From Hydrolagus affinis (Eukaryota): 64,000 bases of DNA. The first letter of the stretch is position 1, and each line of letters starts with the position of its first letter. The DNA lies in contig JAAILG010001297.1 in NCBI GenBank assembly GCA_012026655.1, positions 1-64,000 of the forward strand, given 5' to 3'. The notes below the pieces were generated by a model. It did no database searches, was not told the DNA's origin, and worked only from the letters and a program-made list of their open reading frames with translations. The position numbers and the translations under genes are program-made. Below are positions 50,212 through 63,100 of this stretch, piece after piece.

Positions 50212-51351
50212 CCGATACGCTTCGATTAAAAGGAGGAAAAGGAGGGAGGGAAAAGTGGTAGACTGGTTCTGCCTTCACCTGCACGTCCTCAACCCCGAAA
50301 ATCTATTCCAAGTTGTTATTGACCACAAACCACAGCTCCTTCTGCACAACACTAATTCAAAGGCTCTCCAGTCATGCCATTTGCAAGATGCAAATTCCAA
50401 TCTAGGACACATGACAATTTGACGCAAATAAATCCAATGCTCGGTTTATTCATATACAACAGCTGAGAACCAAACGTTACCAGACAACATACTGTACAAA
50501 TTAGCACAGAAATTTAATTTGGATTATTAACTGAAAATAAGTGCTCCGCATTAGAATGCGTACTAAAATAAAACTTTTTTTTTAACACTTTACTACCAAA
50601 AGGCAATGGCTTGCATTACCATGACTCCTAACTATTGTAAATGTTTAAGAACATGGAACGACCCCCACGACAAAATTTGATCCTTTTGTTTTAAGTAATA
50701 GCTCAGCAGCTTCACATGTGACACAATAGTGGTGTTATCAAGTTACAAAGGCAGCAACAGGGACAGATACAGAAAACTGGCAAAGTTGTGGGAATACATG
50801 AAGAGTCTTTCCAAGACTAAATCTCCGGTCACTTTGGTGCCTTGAAACTGCTGCCAGTCATGGTAAGCCAAGCCTGTATTACTACGTTGTTAAAATAGTG
50901 GACTTGGAATTGGTAAGCTATGGAAATAAACTAGTTGTTAGGGGTACATTGGATCACTAGTAAACAACATCATTGTGGTTTGGGACAGGAGCGAGCCATC
51001 GATATATGGGAGAATATTTGGGTTTGAACTAATATTTTTTTGAGAAACAATTTTAGGGGCAAAAATTTTCTTCTATGAGTCGGGTTAGGGCGAGTTTCAT
51101 CAAAATCACCGGCTCAGAGTTTAGTAAATTTACTGAGGGGAGTGAGTGACGGTGAAGAATCCACCTCCTTTGCTTTTACTTCAAGGTTGGCTGAAAATCC
51201 AACACCATATATTGGTCGCGGACATGAAACCAAAATTGCACTTCTTTTCTCAATAACTGAGGTAGCGTCAAATCCAATTTTTGTAGCCACTTTCAAGCTG
51301 GCAAGGCAAAGGCAAATTCTTGACATAGCTGACTGACTGAGAACCCAAGTC

Positions 51352-51512
51352 GAGAGAGGGTCAACGGTCGTCGAAAACCCGGTTGAAAAGATAGGTCTTC
51401 AAGGTGGGTTTTGAACTAGGGGAGGTAGAGATGGAGATGGCAAGACAGGAAGCATGGGGGCTCCAGAGAGCAGTGACAGAACAGCTGGTGGTGGGTGGAT
51501 TGGACGGGGGAC
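51352..51512 (-). mobile_element. L2 fragment
   Basis: Minus-strand LWSP...SSKPTLKTYLF resembles the L2 ORF2 end (WNSLP...FKSxLKTxLF). Confidence 0.6.
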
Positions 51513-53287
51513 ATGAAGTAAACACATGATTGGCTAATTCCATTAAAAGACACAAAATTGAAATTTAGCTCATCCTGTACATTTTCAGAATTACTCACAG
51601 CTGGCTAATCAGCCTAAATATTTTTATACTTTGTTCTTCCGCATAAACTGCTGGTTTTAAAGTATTACGCATTCAAGGACAGCTTAATTTTACTACTACG
51701 TTTTTTTTAAAAAAAGGGCTAGTTCAACAGTTTGTACTTTGATCTTACACATCTATACCAGTGTTCATTAGCAATTACCCACTACAGTACCTCATAAACA
51801 TCAAGCTTATAGCTTGCTTGAGCCGTAAGACAGGCTTCAGTATCCCCTTGAGGTTTATACAATGCTCATACGCAGCAGTGAAGAAACTAAACTAAATGCG
51901 TTCGATCTGTTCGGGGGCAGTGGGGAGGGGGAAAAACAAGAATCTTTTTATGTTGGGGCCCAACGTGTAATTGATGTTAGATTCGGCTTCAGAAATTACC
52001 ATGAAAGGATTGTTTAAAGGAGTTCCCTTATTCATTCGCCCAATGGTGGTAATTGTGAACTACAAGCTATTTGGCCTTGCACAAGCCTTGCCATTGTGTA
52101 CGTTGGGCTCACACCCAGCAACTCCTTAATGTATATTTGCTCAGTGTGAAAAAAGACATACCACTGCAAGAAGTCAAAGCAAATCGAAGGCACATATTTT
52201 TTTAGGTGGTGACCCCTTGCCTATCGTTTGATGACTGGGAGCGTTTTGTGTATATGTGGAGTCACAAACAGTTTGTTTCCATAAGACTAAGATACACAGC
52301 AATATATACTCTAGTTTGCTGAATCAATGGAAGCCTAAAATTTTCTCATGGTCTTGATATTTTTTATGCAGGTTTTAGAAAAACTTAGATCCCCTAGAAG
52401 TTCAGTCACTGGACTTTACAAAAGCTTTGTGAAGTGCGTTGAGCGATTAGACTTTTAACAGAAGCTGTAGCAAACAGGGAAGGATTGTTATTCATTATTT
52501 GCGAGTTTTATGCATTTTTTTAAAAAAATAGGTGGAAAAGCGGCTTCCAAATTAATCCCTAAAAAATTCCACACTGTCTTAAATCTTGAGACTTGGATCA
52601 TGAGAGATTCCGAAGCTCTGGTCAGCCCCATGTTATTCTCAATGGTACAAGCATTTTAAAACACAGCGCAGTTATATGATTCTCTGCTACCTTTCCTTAA
52701 GGAGAGCACTGTTTCCAGCAAGCCATAAGTTACCCTTATTGAAGAAGGCATGAGTTGCAACAAAAAATTTTTGAACAAATAATTCACTCCTTCCGTGCAG
52801 TCAAAAGAAATGCCTGAGAAAAATAAAATATAGAAAAGCACACAAGATAGATTAAAATATCATTACCAAATTTGAGGTCTCAATGCTTCCTCTCTTCAAA
52901 CAGACATAATTATTCTAACAGTTCCCACTAAATCCCTAATGCAATCGTAATACATTCTTTCTTTATGATTCCCTTAACTGATGCTGCTTTCTTCCTCCCA
53001 ACATCAAATATTCTTACACGGCTGGGTTTAAATCTGCAGTAACATTTCTTTTGGACGGGGACAAAGGCTGATCAATTCACTTTCTCATTTTACAGACACT
53101 ACCTAACCCGCATTTCAAGCCAATGGATTTTTTTTTGTCCTTTGTTTTCTTGCCGGGTTTGATGCATTAATAGCACAGGCAAGATGATATCATGTGCGTT
53201 GTGCAATTCGTTTTTTTGTGGGAGGAGGGAGGGAGGGAGGAAGGTGGTTGCTGCTGCGATTCGAAATGAAACCTGCAGCAAGATATT

Positions 53288-53450
53288 TGGTTTGTGGGTC
53301 GCTGCTGTGCCCAATTGGCTGCCACATTCATTTCGCCCACAAAATACAGTCAATTCACTTCACAATATATTCCGTGAAGAGCTTTGAGACGTCTCAACCA
53401 CGTGATAAAAGCGCTATATCAAATGCAAGGGTTACTGTTGTTTTTATTAA
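53288..53450 (+). mobile_element. Young SINE 3' half
   Basis: tttgtgggtcgctgctgtgcccaattggctgcc...gagacgtctc...gcgctatatcaaatgcaagg. Confidence 0.85.
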
Positions 53451-54164
53451 TATGTTGGGTCAACATCAAAGCACAAGTGAAGGTGGACTTTCTTTTAATT
53501 TCTTTTTTTTAAAAAAAAGCAACTTCCATCGCACGTAGCAAAAAAAATCACACTTTAAAAAAAATCTATACCCTTCTTTATGGTATTCCTGCTGCAACAT
53601 ACATAGGAAAACAGAAGACCTTGAGACTTCTCAGCTATCCACTGGGACTCACAAGCTGTCAAAGGTTACTTCCACACGCTATTCAAGTAAAATTTTAATT
53701 CAAAGATAGCAAAATGTAATTTGTTTGTACATTCTCTCCCCACCACCCCCATCAACCACCACCACCCTTAATAATTATAATGTAATCATCAGGGATCAAA
53801 ATGTATTAAATTAAGCTCACTTCAAGTGCTTTTCTTAACCCACTGTGTACTGACACCTCATTTCTGCACCCAGGCATTCAGTGCAATAAGGCAACCATTT
53901 CTGAACTTATTCACAGAAGGCCAGCCTTCAATTAACTGTAATTTCTAGTCTGATTACTTTTATTCTCATTCCAGCTTCCATTTTTTTTATTATTATGGTA
54001 ACTACCTTCTCTCAGTAATGGATTTATTTGACTCCAGGAAAACTGCTATCAAAGCAGTCAGCCTATCCAAAAAAACTGGCAGCTAAAGACAGATGGTTTC
54101 TCGATACAGATTATGTCCACATAAAAAAAAACTGCAGTTATGTGGAGCGGGGAGGAACAGTGCG

Positions 54165-54360
54165 TTAGAAGTGAAGACAGTCATTCACCTTTGGGACCTC
54201 GGTTTGAATCCAGCCTAGACAAAAGGGGGCGAAAGGTCTCCTCTCTCCAAAGGCCTTTATGGTTACAGGTGAAGTAAGTGCTGGCAATCTAAATGCAATT
54301 CCCCACGGATCCTGGCCCACCATACAACACTGCCCTGGACTTGACACTAATTAGAACTAA
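54165..54360 (+). mobile_element. LF-SINE-like relic
   Basis: ttcacctttgggacctcggtttgaatccagcctag (compare LF-SINE tttcacctctaggtcactggttcaaatccagccc) and a later gacactaattag. Confidence 0.5.
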
Positions 54361-54723
54361 TTCTGCAATCTCACTCCCAAAGTCCAAAAATAAGGAAAGA
54401 GTGATGAATGAAAATGTCACTCTGGTGCCGTGTGTGGGCTGCTCTTTAAGCTTGTAATTGAGGTGCGCTGTTGAAATAACAATGAAGTCAAGGATGACCC
54501 ACTGTAATGCCGGATCTCATTCAGGTTGGGTTTTGGAAAGAGAAATGCAGGCACTCTCATAAGCTACTTAAGGAATATCATGCAGAACTGAGTTATGCTG
54601 CTGCTATTTACAATATTCATCAATTAGGCAGAACCTCATTGCAATCCTTTTGTCTTTAGAATTGCTATTAATTTTTCATTGGTAATTAGCTGCCTGTTAA
54701 GGCATGATTCATCAGAACAGGAC

Positions 54724-54760
54724 CAACGCCTCATTGAAGGATGGCACCTCCAACAGTGCC
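54724..54760 (-). mobile_element. Deu-domain fragment
   Basis: aacgcctcattgaaggatggcacctccaacagtgc is the reverse complement of the Deu core gcactgtcggaggtgccgtctttcggatgagacgtt. Confidence 0.55.
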
Positions 54761-57007
54761 ATGTCCATTAACACCACTCTAGGGGCACTATTAGGTTCAA
54801 GCTTCAGTCTCTTAGATGCGGATGGAATTCGCAAATGGCTAGTTCAGAGGGAGTTCATTATCCAGATTTATTCATGTTCTTCCCGAGATTATTACTAAGC
54901 ACATGTAACCTCCCCCCACCCCACCCCCACCCACCCGCACACACCCACGAAAGCACCATTTTAAAAAATGAGGTCCAAATTCACTAATGTGAAGAAGAAA
55001 TAAGTGTGGGCTGAATGCAACTGTGGTGAGCGGTCAGAAATATCTAATCATCCAAATTGCACTGAGCCCTCTCTGCAAGTTCAATCATATTTTCTGTTCC
55101 CTCAGTTTAATTTACCCTCCGTCCTCCCAATCTGACAAGCGCTCCATAAACGTAATTTTGTTGTTGTTGTAATTGTAACTTTAAAGCGGTTTCGTTCAAA
55201 AGCACAAAACAGAAAAAGTCAAGCTGACAACACGGAGTTAGCATTGGTCAACATCGTTCGGCAATTTACCGTCGTCTTGAAATCACCTCATAATTGCTGT
55301 CGCCCATCTTTTTGCCTCCGAAAATCTCACTTTGGAGAGAGACAAGTGAGTTTTGACCAGTTTTGGTTTTGGGCAAAATCACGCTATAAATAAATCAAAG
55401 CTGAAATGCTCGGAAATAATGGGAGTGAAAGAATAGGGTACGGTTTCACAAAACCGCATTTTTAGCCCCATTGCGCCTGAACGTACCGAGCTGTGTTTGA
55501 ACAATCAATATTCATCGATATAAAATTGAACAAAGAGCTTCCTGAATCATCCTTGATAAATCACATTTATTTTGCAGCTACACTCGGAGCTCGGAGCTGG
55601 GTTTGTTCTAAAGTCGAGGAGGAGGAGGAGGTGTTAATGAGAAGCAAGGTTTTTGCTCGCTTTTGTCCTGCAGCCTGGAATGTGGCAGCTTTGAATTTTA
55701 TTTAGTGGATTCCCATTCATTTCTGATGAGACAACAGCTACTTGTTATTGTCAAATCCTCGAGCATTTCTGTTTCCTTTTTACACGAGCCTCTGACAAAT
55801 GGATCTGCTTGATTTGTCATTTTCTCATCACTCAACGTGAAAAGATGCTTTGGTGGAAGTTTACGGTTTGCAAGCCAATAACGCTGCTTAGTATTTGGGG
55901 AATTATCCCAATTTATTGATTGTTTTTGATGGTACAAGACCTCTAAGGAAGCAGTATTTACAACTGAGAAGCAATGGCCCACAAATCACCAACTGACATG
56001 AAAATAATTGACAAGTCCACCACTTTAGTACTCTCTCAATGGACAGAGCTATGGATATAGAGGGAAGGGGGGGTGGGGGGGGAAGTAATGTTTTTATAAG
56101 CAAGTAGTCATCAATACAAAATCGACATGCAGAATCGACAGCTTTCTTGACTTCTTTACTCCTCTATTAAGCACTGCACGATTCATCTCAGAACACTTTT
56201 GGATGCACCAAGACAACTGACAAGAGGATATAGATTTAGAGTTGCAGAAACCTTAACACAGAAGGTAATTCACGATTGGAACAATCGTAGTGAGAAGATG
56301 GTCGGTGTGTGTGTGTATATATGTGTCCTGGAAGGATGAGAACATCCGAACCAATCTTATAATCTTGTGCAAAACAGTTTAACTGTAGATACTGAGAAGA
56401 ATCTTCTCACTGAAATAAGGATTATTATCATTATATTGTAATAAATGGACAACTTGTATTTGTGCAGCACCTTTCATGTGGTATTGCTTCCACCGTAATC
56501 ACCATTAGTTAAATTCCGAGTGCACAACGCACTACACTTTTGAAAAGCTTACAAAATATTTGTCTGCAATTACAATGTTCTACAATGTCGTGTAACCTTG
56601 ACCACCAATACCATTAGTTATATAATTTAATACATTCTTCTCACAAAACAAAAGTATGCATTTAACCTAAACGAAGGACAACAAAATAGGACGTTTTGAG
56701 TAATCCTATACGTTTAATTGAATTGCGTTCTTTTCAGGTATTCGCTTAAATGAAATTTTCAGCCAATTCTATGATAATTTTATCATTTGTGTTTCTCAAA
56801 TCCTATTAAGGTAATTTTATCATGTTATTTCCCACGCTAAGTGTTACTGGAAAAGTAAAAAAAAGTGGACATTAGTAATGTAACTCCAGATACTTCCACA
56901 CGAATTCTGCTATTATGTTTTGGCAAAAAAAATTTTTTAAAAAAAGCTGACAAAAAAAATGGAGTGTATTTTATATTCTTTTATTTCAGAAATTTTCTGC
57001 GCATCTA

Positions 57008-57125
57008 TTATAATAGTGATAATCCTTGCATTTGATATAGAGCCTAATCACGTTGTTGAGACGTCTCAAAGCGCTTCACAGAATATACTATAAAGTGAAT
57101 TGACTGGGTATTCTGTGGGTGAAAT
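57008..57125 (-). mobile_element. Young SINE 3' half
   Basis: ataatccttgcatttgatatag...gacgtctcaaagcgcttcacagaatatactataaagtgaattgactg. Confidence 0.85.
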
Positions 57126-59907
57126 ATTGATTGATCTCAATAACCTGCAGCAGTTAACCTCCTCTCCTCCCTCTTCACCAACACAGCTTTGCCAATCCAC
57201 GTCTTATACTCTCTGAAATTACATAAGCAAGCTGGATCCCTCCAGGAAAGAAGCACTCATTCCATTCCCAAACCAGGCAAATTTGCACGTGTAGGTTTCT
57301 TACACATGTGGAAATCTCAGTCTGTTTTGGAGACTCTTTTAGCATCGTGAAGGGTTTTCTCATGTCAGACAAGTTGGTTGACCGATTTTTTTTCTTTGCA
57401 TTTTATACCTTTAAAAGGCCAACCCTGAAGGAAAGGGAACTCTCGGTCTGACTTACTGAGCCCCGAATTCCCTCGCTCGTACAGCAAACGTCCCATCAGT
57501 TGCAAATGTTAAACAGTTTTATTCAAGTTTCCTAGGGAGGGAGTGGGTGGGTAGGTGAGTTTTACATGTGCAGCCGTTTTGTGCTATTCTACCTTCTGTA
57601 GTCGAGCTAAAGCTCCCTCCGTAGGCACTGCTCTCATATTTATTATAGAGTCATGTTTGCTGGCCTCCAGTGATAACCTGTAATATGTAATCTCACACTC
57701 ATTCGTACGGGGATATAAAGAATGGCTCTGCTCTCACCTTAAACTGTCCCCAACTGTATATGTTCAACCAACCAACCGCCTATTCAGTCAGGATATTTAG
57801 ACTGATCGTCTAACGCTTGAAACAAAGCCAAATGCTAATAAGACTAATCCATTAGAAATGAACCATTAAAACTTCTGTCTATAGGTCAAGTGGCTGCACT
57901 GTTAAACCACAGAGTGCTATAGTACACAGTTATCTGACAGATCTAATATTTTATTCCCCATTGTACTGCCAGTGCCATATGAAACTAGAGTCTAAACTGA
58001 CTCAATAGGTGCCACTGAATCACATGCTGCTCTCTCAGAAAAGACGGAATAAAGCCTGGAGTGTTTTCTCTAGGGCGAAATATCGTCGATGCTTTTATGG
58101 TGATAAATTGTTGCATCCATACTGACAGTACACTGTAATGACTGGCTAATCTGACCGCATTCGTCGAAGGCAAGTTCTGACAGATTAGCTCGCCTGCCAC
58201 AATCCCAGGTTAGCTTTATACAGGATAAAGGGTATCTACTCCACCTGTTCCCCCAAAACACCATGTCAAAGTTACATTAACAAATGTATCATTCGTTACT
58301 TTGACATCTGCTGAAACACGAGGAACACTAAATAAGGGAGTCGGTAAAGGACGGGTAATATCTCTGCGTTCGTCAGTCGGCTTTTCTTGCTGTCCTGACC
58401 AGGTTGAATTATTCCGAGAGCGAGAACGTCTACCAACTGAGCCAGCGTGAGGCACAACGCACTCCCAGCTACTCCCCCCAGGAGAAGCTTTCGTGTTCCT
58501 CTGCGGCATTTCTACTTCGGAGCTGACAGGTGTTTATCCGGGTGTGACAACGGCCACGCTCCTCTGTCAGATCCGCAGGCCCTGAGCCAAGCTGCTCTCA
58601 GGTGGCCGAATGACAACTCTGAAGGTAAATACGCATTCAGATCATTGCGTCTCAGTCTCAGTCAATAAATGAAATTAAAAGCCAATTCAGAAAAGTTTGG
58701 GTAATGACTTTAGAACTATAGGCACTATGGGGCAGTAAGTCATTCAGCTTTAACTACAGCTGTCGAGTAGCACAACTGTGTTGACTGTAAAGTCATTCAC
58801 GGTGATTTTTTTTTTAGCGGCTTTCATTATCTAATTTTAGCTACCTGGTGTATCAAAAGTACTTTGAGACTCTTGAAACATTCAGCTGCCCTCTCCAGCC
58901 CAGACTAACCCCGGGATACCTGCCCTGTCTTTCATCGCTCAAAATATGAAGCGTTTCCGAGCATTCGTAAAGTTTCAAAATTCGACCACCAAGCGAGTTG
59001 CAGCAACAACCCTCAAGATTCCCTTCGGTTTGAGGTTGCTTTTTTTTTTATTTAAAAAAAAAGAGAGGCCACCATTTTCGTGAGAAAAAAACACGTGTGC
59101 CGTCCCCGTGGTGGAAATCTCCTCTCGTCTGTCGCTCGAGGTAATAATAGATAATAAAGATAGCAATAAATAATAGTTTGCCAATACAAGTATGTGAGAC
59201 GGCGGTGTGTGTGTGTAGGCCTTTAACGTGTCAAACCTGTTTGCTCCCCGACCCAGCTTTCAGTTCCGTAAAATCAGCTGGAGTTTGTCCCGCAAGCGGG
59301 GATTGGAACCGCACCAATGTCAGCGCACTGCGGGCACCCGCTGATTGCCAGCCATATGCAACATTTCAATGTGCAGTTTAAATTGCACACGGGTTCAGGC
59401 GCCACACCTCTAACCTCTGCAAATTGTCTCCCCTGTACTGCTCCGTCTCGCCCCTTCCCGTTTGTATTCCCGTCCCACTTTAAAACTGACCTCTTCAACT
59501 TGGGCTGTGGTCACCTCTCACTTCCCCCCACTTTGGCGCCTGAGCACACCTGCCACACCCCCCCCACCCCCTTTATAAAGCACTCCATGACGCGATCCTA
59601 AGTAAAGAGCGCTATACACTATAAATTCAAACTGCTGTGAGAGACACTGAAATGATCCTTTTCATCTTTTCCACTCAAACCGACAGTGGCGAGTCGCGTT
59701 ACCACAATGATTTACCTAGGAACCCTGTAGGAATCCTTGCACTCCCCTTTTCAGTCTGTTTGCAAGAGTTCAAGGTTTCCGATTTGATGCCAACAACACA
59801 TGGATGAAGTCATCATGTTAAAGTCATACGATCGTTGTAAAAAAAACATCCATTAAAAGTGGTTTTGAAATATGCCTTTTGTTTTAAAAAAAACACTTCT
59901 AAAAAGC

Positions 59908-60142
59908 TGAGTTACCCTGGTGGCTCAATTAATGATATACTTTGTAAAAATATTTCTCCAATTCACTGAGCTGGTTGGGCCTAGAGGAGATATCGGGCTA
60001 TTACAATGGGTCTTAGTTGCTGTTGATCAGGGAAGTAGGGGAGTGGGGGAGAAATCTGCCCAGGTTCACTCCTGAACATGTGCATGTGTGGAAGTCAAAC
60101 AAGGGACAGGATCAGGCTCCATAATGCCATCCACGGCTGAAT
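59908..60142 (+). mobile_element. AmnSINE2-like relic
   Basis: Motifs ccctggtggctcaatt, gggctattacaatgggtc, aaatctgcccaggttcactcctga and tgtgtgga...ggacaggatcaggctc...atgccatccacggctgaa occur in the AmnSINE2 order as I recall it. Confidence 0.55.
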
Positions 60143-63100
60143 TTCATGCAGACATTAACCCTCTAAACCCGTACTTGAAGAATGGCCACTTGGACGAAAT
60201 ATCATCTCATCTCATCTAACCATGTCCAGGGTGAGGGAAGAGCACAGAGGGAGGTGGGGACAAGGGATACGACAATAGTGGAATTAAAAAAAAATTGGGA
60301 TACTTTTTCCAAAAGCAAAACCACAGACGTTGCCAAAAAAAAAAAAAAGCTGCTGAAATATGAAGCTTCTCCTCCTTGATAGGCAGCCAACGTCACAAAC
60401 AACAAGCGCACGTTTGGAACAGTCTGTGTTAGCCTGGGCAAGAATTTCTCACAATATACAGAGACAACATCCTGTTATCACATGGAAGAAAAATATACAA
60501 CTGGAATCGGGATATCCATTTTACAAAGACAATAATCTCGACTCTCTATCAGACCGTGACCAAACAGCTTTGCCCAAAGGGAGCTGAGAGTCGTTTTAGA
60601 AGCGAGTTCAGCTCTAGGATCTGTGAGGCTCCGACTGGGAAGATAATTAGGACGAATATCCTTTACCTCTCCTCCCCCCTCCGCAAAAACACCACCCCCC
60701 CCACACACACACACACCAAAGCACATCCTCTCTCTCCCTCTCTCAAATGGCCCCAGCTATAAATTCCATGCATCACCTTTGCTCACTCACAGCTCAGCAC
60801 CACACAGCGGGGGCACAATGTGCAATCAGTTTTATTTCCATATGGGCAGGGGTCAAGCACGTAGCATCCACCGGTTTGGCTGGAGCTTCAACGGGTCCCG
60901 CTGTTCCTCACGGGCCTCAGGAAATTCCACAGAGCTCACAGGTGTGAGGAACAATGCGTGGGGCTGAGCCAAAGCACAGGCTTTTTTTTTTACAGACTGC
61001 TCTACATGGGAGCACTACAGGCTGCTGCCTCCGACATGACGCTTTCATTAAAGAGCCTGAATTCATTTCAGTCGCAAGTTAAAACTGATTTATCCTCCGC
61101 TGACTTCTTCAGACCGGAAGCAAAGGGGGGATGCCTCCTGAACTCTCGCAGCTTCAGGCCTGCAATTCAACCTACACCTACCTATCCCTCACGACTGTTT
61201 ATGTCTTAAAATCCCTCACTTCAACGTCAAATCTCGGGAGCGGGAGGTGCGGAGATTTGAAGGCAAAACGGTGGTATGGGCTAAGACTAGGTGGAAAGTA
61301 GGGCCTTCTGTCTCACAAAGCCAAGGTAGATTACTACCCATTGTGACTGTATTCCAGGTTTCGGTATTTTATGCCTCATTTGAACATTTAATATTTAACA
61401 TTTGATTAAACACTTGGCTGTGCTGAGCTGTGATGTGAGCGAGCAAAGGTAACCAACGGAATTGATAGTCAGGAACCATTTGAGAGAGTGTGTGTAACTG
61501 AAGGAGGATGGGCTTTGGGGGTGGGGGTGGGGGGGCGCGGTGTGGGGGGGTCGGCAGAGGAGGGCTGAGTTGAAGGATATTCTGATATTTCAATATTTTA
61601 TATTGCTAAGCTATCAGATTCAGGAAGATTCCCTTCCCTTAGGCGATGGAAACTGATTAAAGCTCTCTCTGGTGTGCTACCCTGTGGGAAGGGCATTGTA
61701 TAAATGCAACTTGTCGTCGTTCACCCCATCGCTAGACTGCACGAGATCAGTTAACCAAACACAGGCCAAATTAACACAGCATTGGTATTCACTGCAATCG
61801 CATTAATATTCTGTCTAAACCATACTGTCAGAATCTGATGGAGAGAGGGGGAATGGTTGGAAGGTAAGGAGTCGGGAAAATATACCAGGGGATCAGTTGT
61901 GTAAGGTAGGAGTTTGGTGGGGGCAGTGGCTCTGTGTGGGGCCCGCTTCAACCTCTCGGCTTCATCTCAAACGCAGCTGACAAGGCCTCAACCTCGGGTC
62001 TCGCTCTGCAAACCGGGGGCAAAACCAAGGCTTTGAGCCCAGTGGTGGCAACGGTGTGGACGGATTAATAGAAAAGCAATCTCATTGCCAGTGTGTGCTG
62101 CCGGCCTGATCCGCACCGTAAAACTTTGCATACTGATCAGACTGAAAGGTCCCAGCAGTTGCTGTACGCTCTACATTATTTTTTCAATTAACAAGGCTCC
62201 TGGATACCATGGGGATTGCTGCTTGCTGAGGGAAAGACACTCACTGCCAGCCCGGGGGGGAAACTCCTCTCTCCAATGTTGAGATGCTTTAGGCATGCCC
62301 GGAAGGGCTGTGCTGTTAAAGTATAAATTACCTGGTGATTAACAACCAAGTGTAATCAGATTTTTTACATATATATATATATTTTTAAAAAACAGCAGCT
62401 CATTAGTTTTCGAAGGTTCTTTTGTTCCAAGACAGTAGATCGCTTCTATCTCGACAGTGAGCTGGAAAGTGTTGAAATCCACACAAGGACGAACTGGCAC
62501 GGGAACCCTTTCAGGAAGCGTGTGTGCTGAATTAAAGAGATCTCGGCTTGTATAAGAGCAACGGGGGCTTTACCTCAGCGTCTGAGGTGGTTGCCACTGA
62601 CAAGCCCTGGTAACAGAATATATACAGCTTGATTGTTCAATAATGTGCGTGCCATCAACCGACTTCCACAATCTACTGCCAGCCAGCGAGCGTTATAAAG
62701 GATGACCGCAGCATTTAACATCATGGATTTTTAGATAATGAGCGATTAATGTCCACTTCCAATTTTGTTTGTACAAAAAAGCCAATAATAAATATGTCTT
62801 CTGTTGCCTGAAAGTTTTTCCCTTTTGTTCAGGTAACCCTTTTGTTTCAAACGTGGAAAAACATGGGATGGAGGGTGCGGGGGTGGGGGGGCGGGAATGC
62901 CATGAGGCTGTGCTTAACCAAGAGCTCAATGCCGTGTTTCAATCATTTTCCTTTTCCTCTCTCCTCTCCCTTTCCTTCCCACTCTGTGTTGATGCGAATT
63001 TAACCCCTAAAGGCTTATGTTAGCATCGTATATGCAATACTGTGTCAGGTAAGCATAAATGTTCAGGTAACGTCGATTTAGAATGAAGAGGGCCCTTTAG

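Noticed and set aside
51114-51336. Overlapping ORFs with a minus-strand acceptor ttgcctttgccttgccag
   Set aside because: The phase-0 reading needed upstream of the ZFHX3 exon stops after 9 codons, and there is no ZFHX similarity.
2305-57125. Recurring near-identical motifs as a CRISPR-like or regularly spaced array
   Set aside because: Spacing is irregular, both strands are used and truncation varies; these are dispersed retroposon copies in a eukaryote.
60792-60812. REST/RE1-like TCAGCACCAC-ACAGCG (also a half-site near 47910)
   Set aside because: Lacks the GGACAG half at canonical spacing.
61227-61260. TCAAATCTC/GAGATTTGA 9-bp inverted repeat; similar 10-bp pair at 58703 and 58788
   Set aside because: Stems this short are expected by chance in 64 kb, with no other support.
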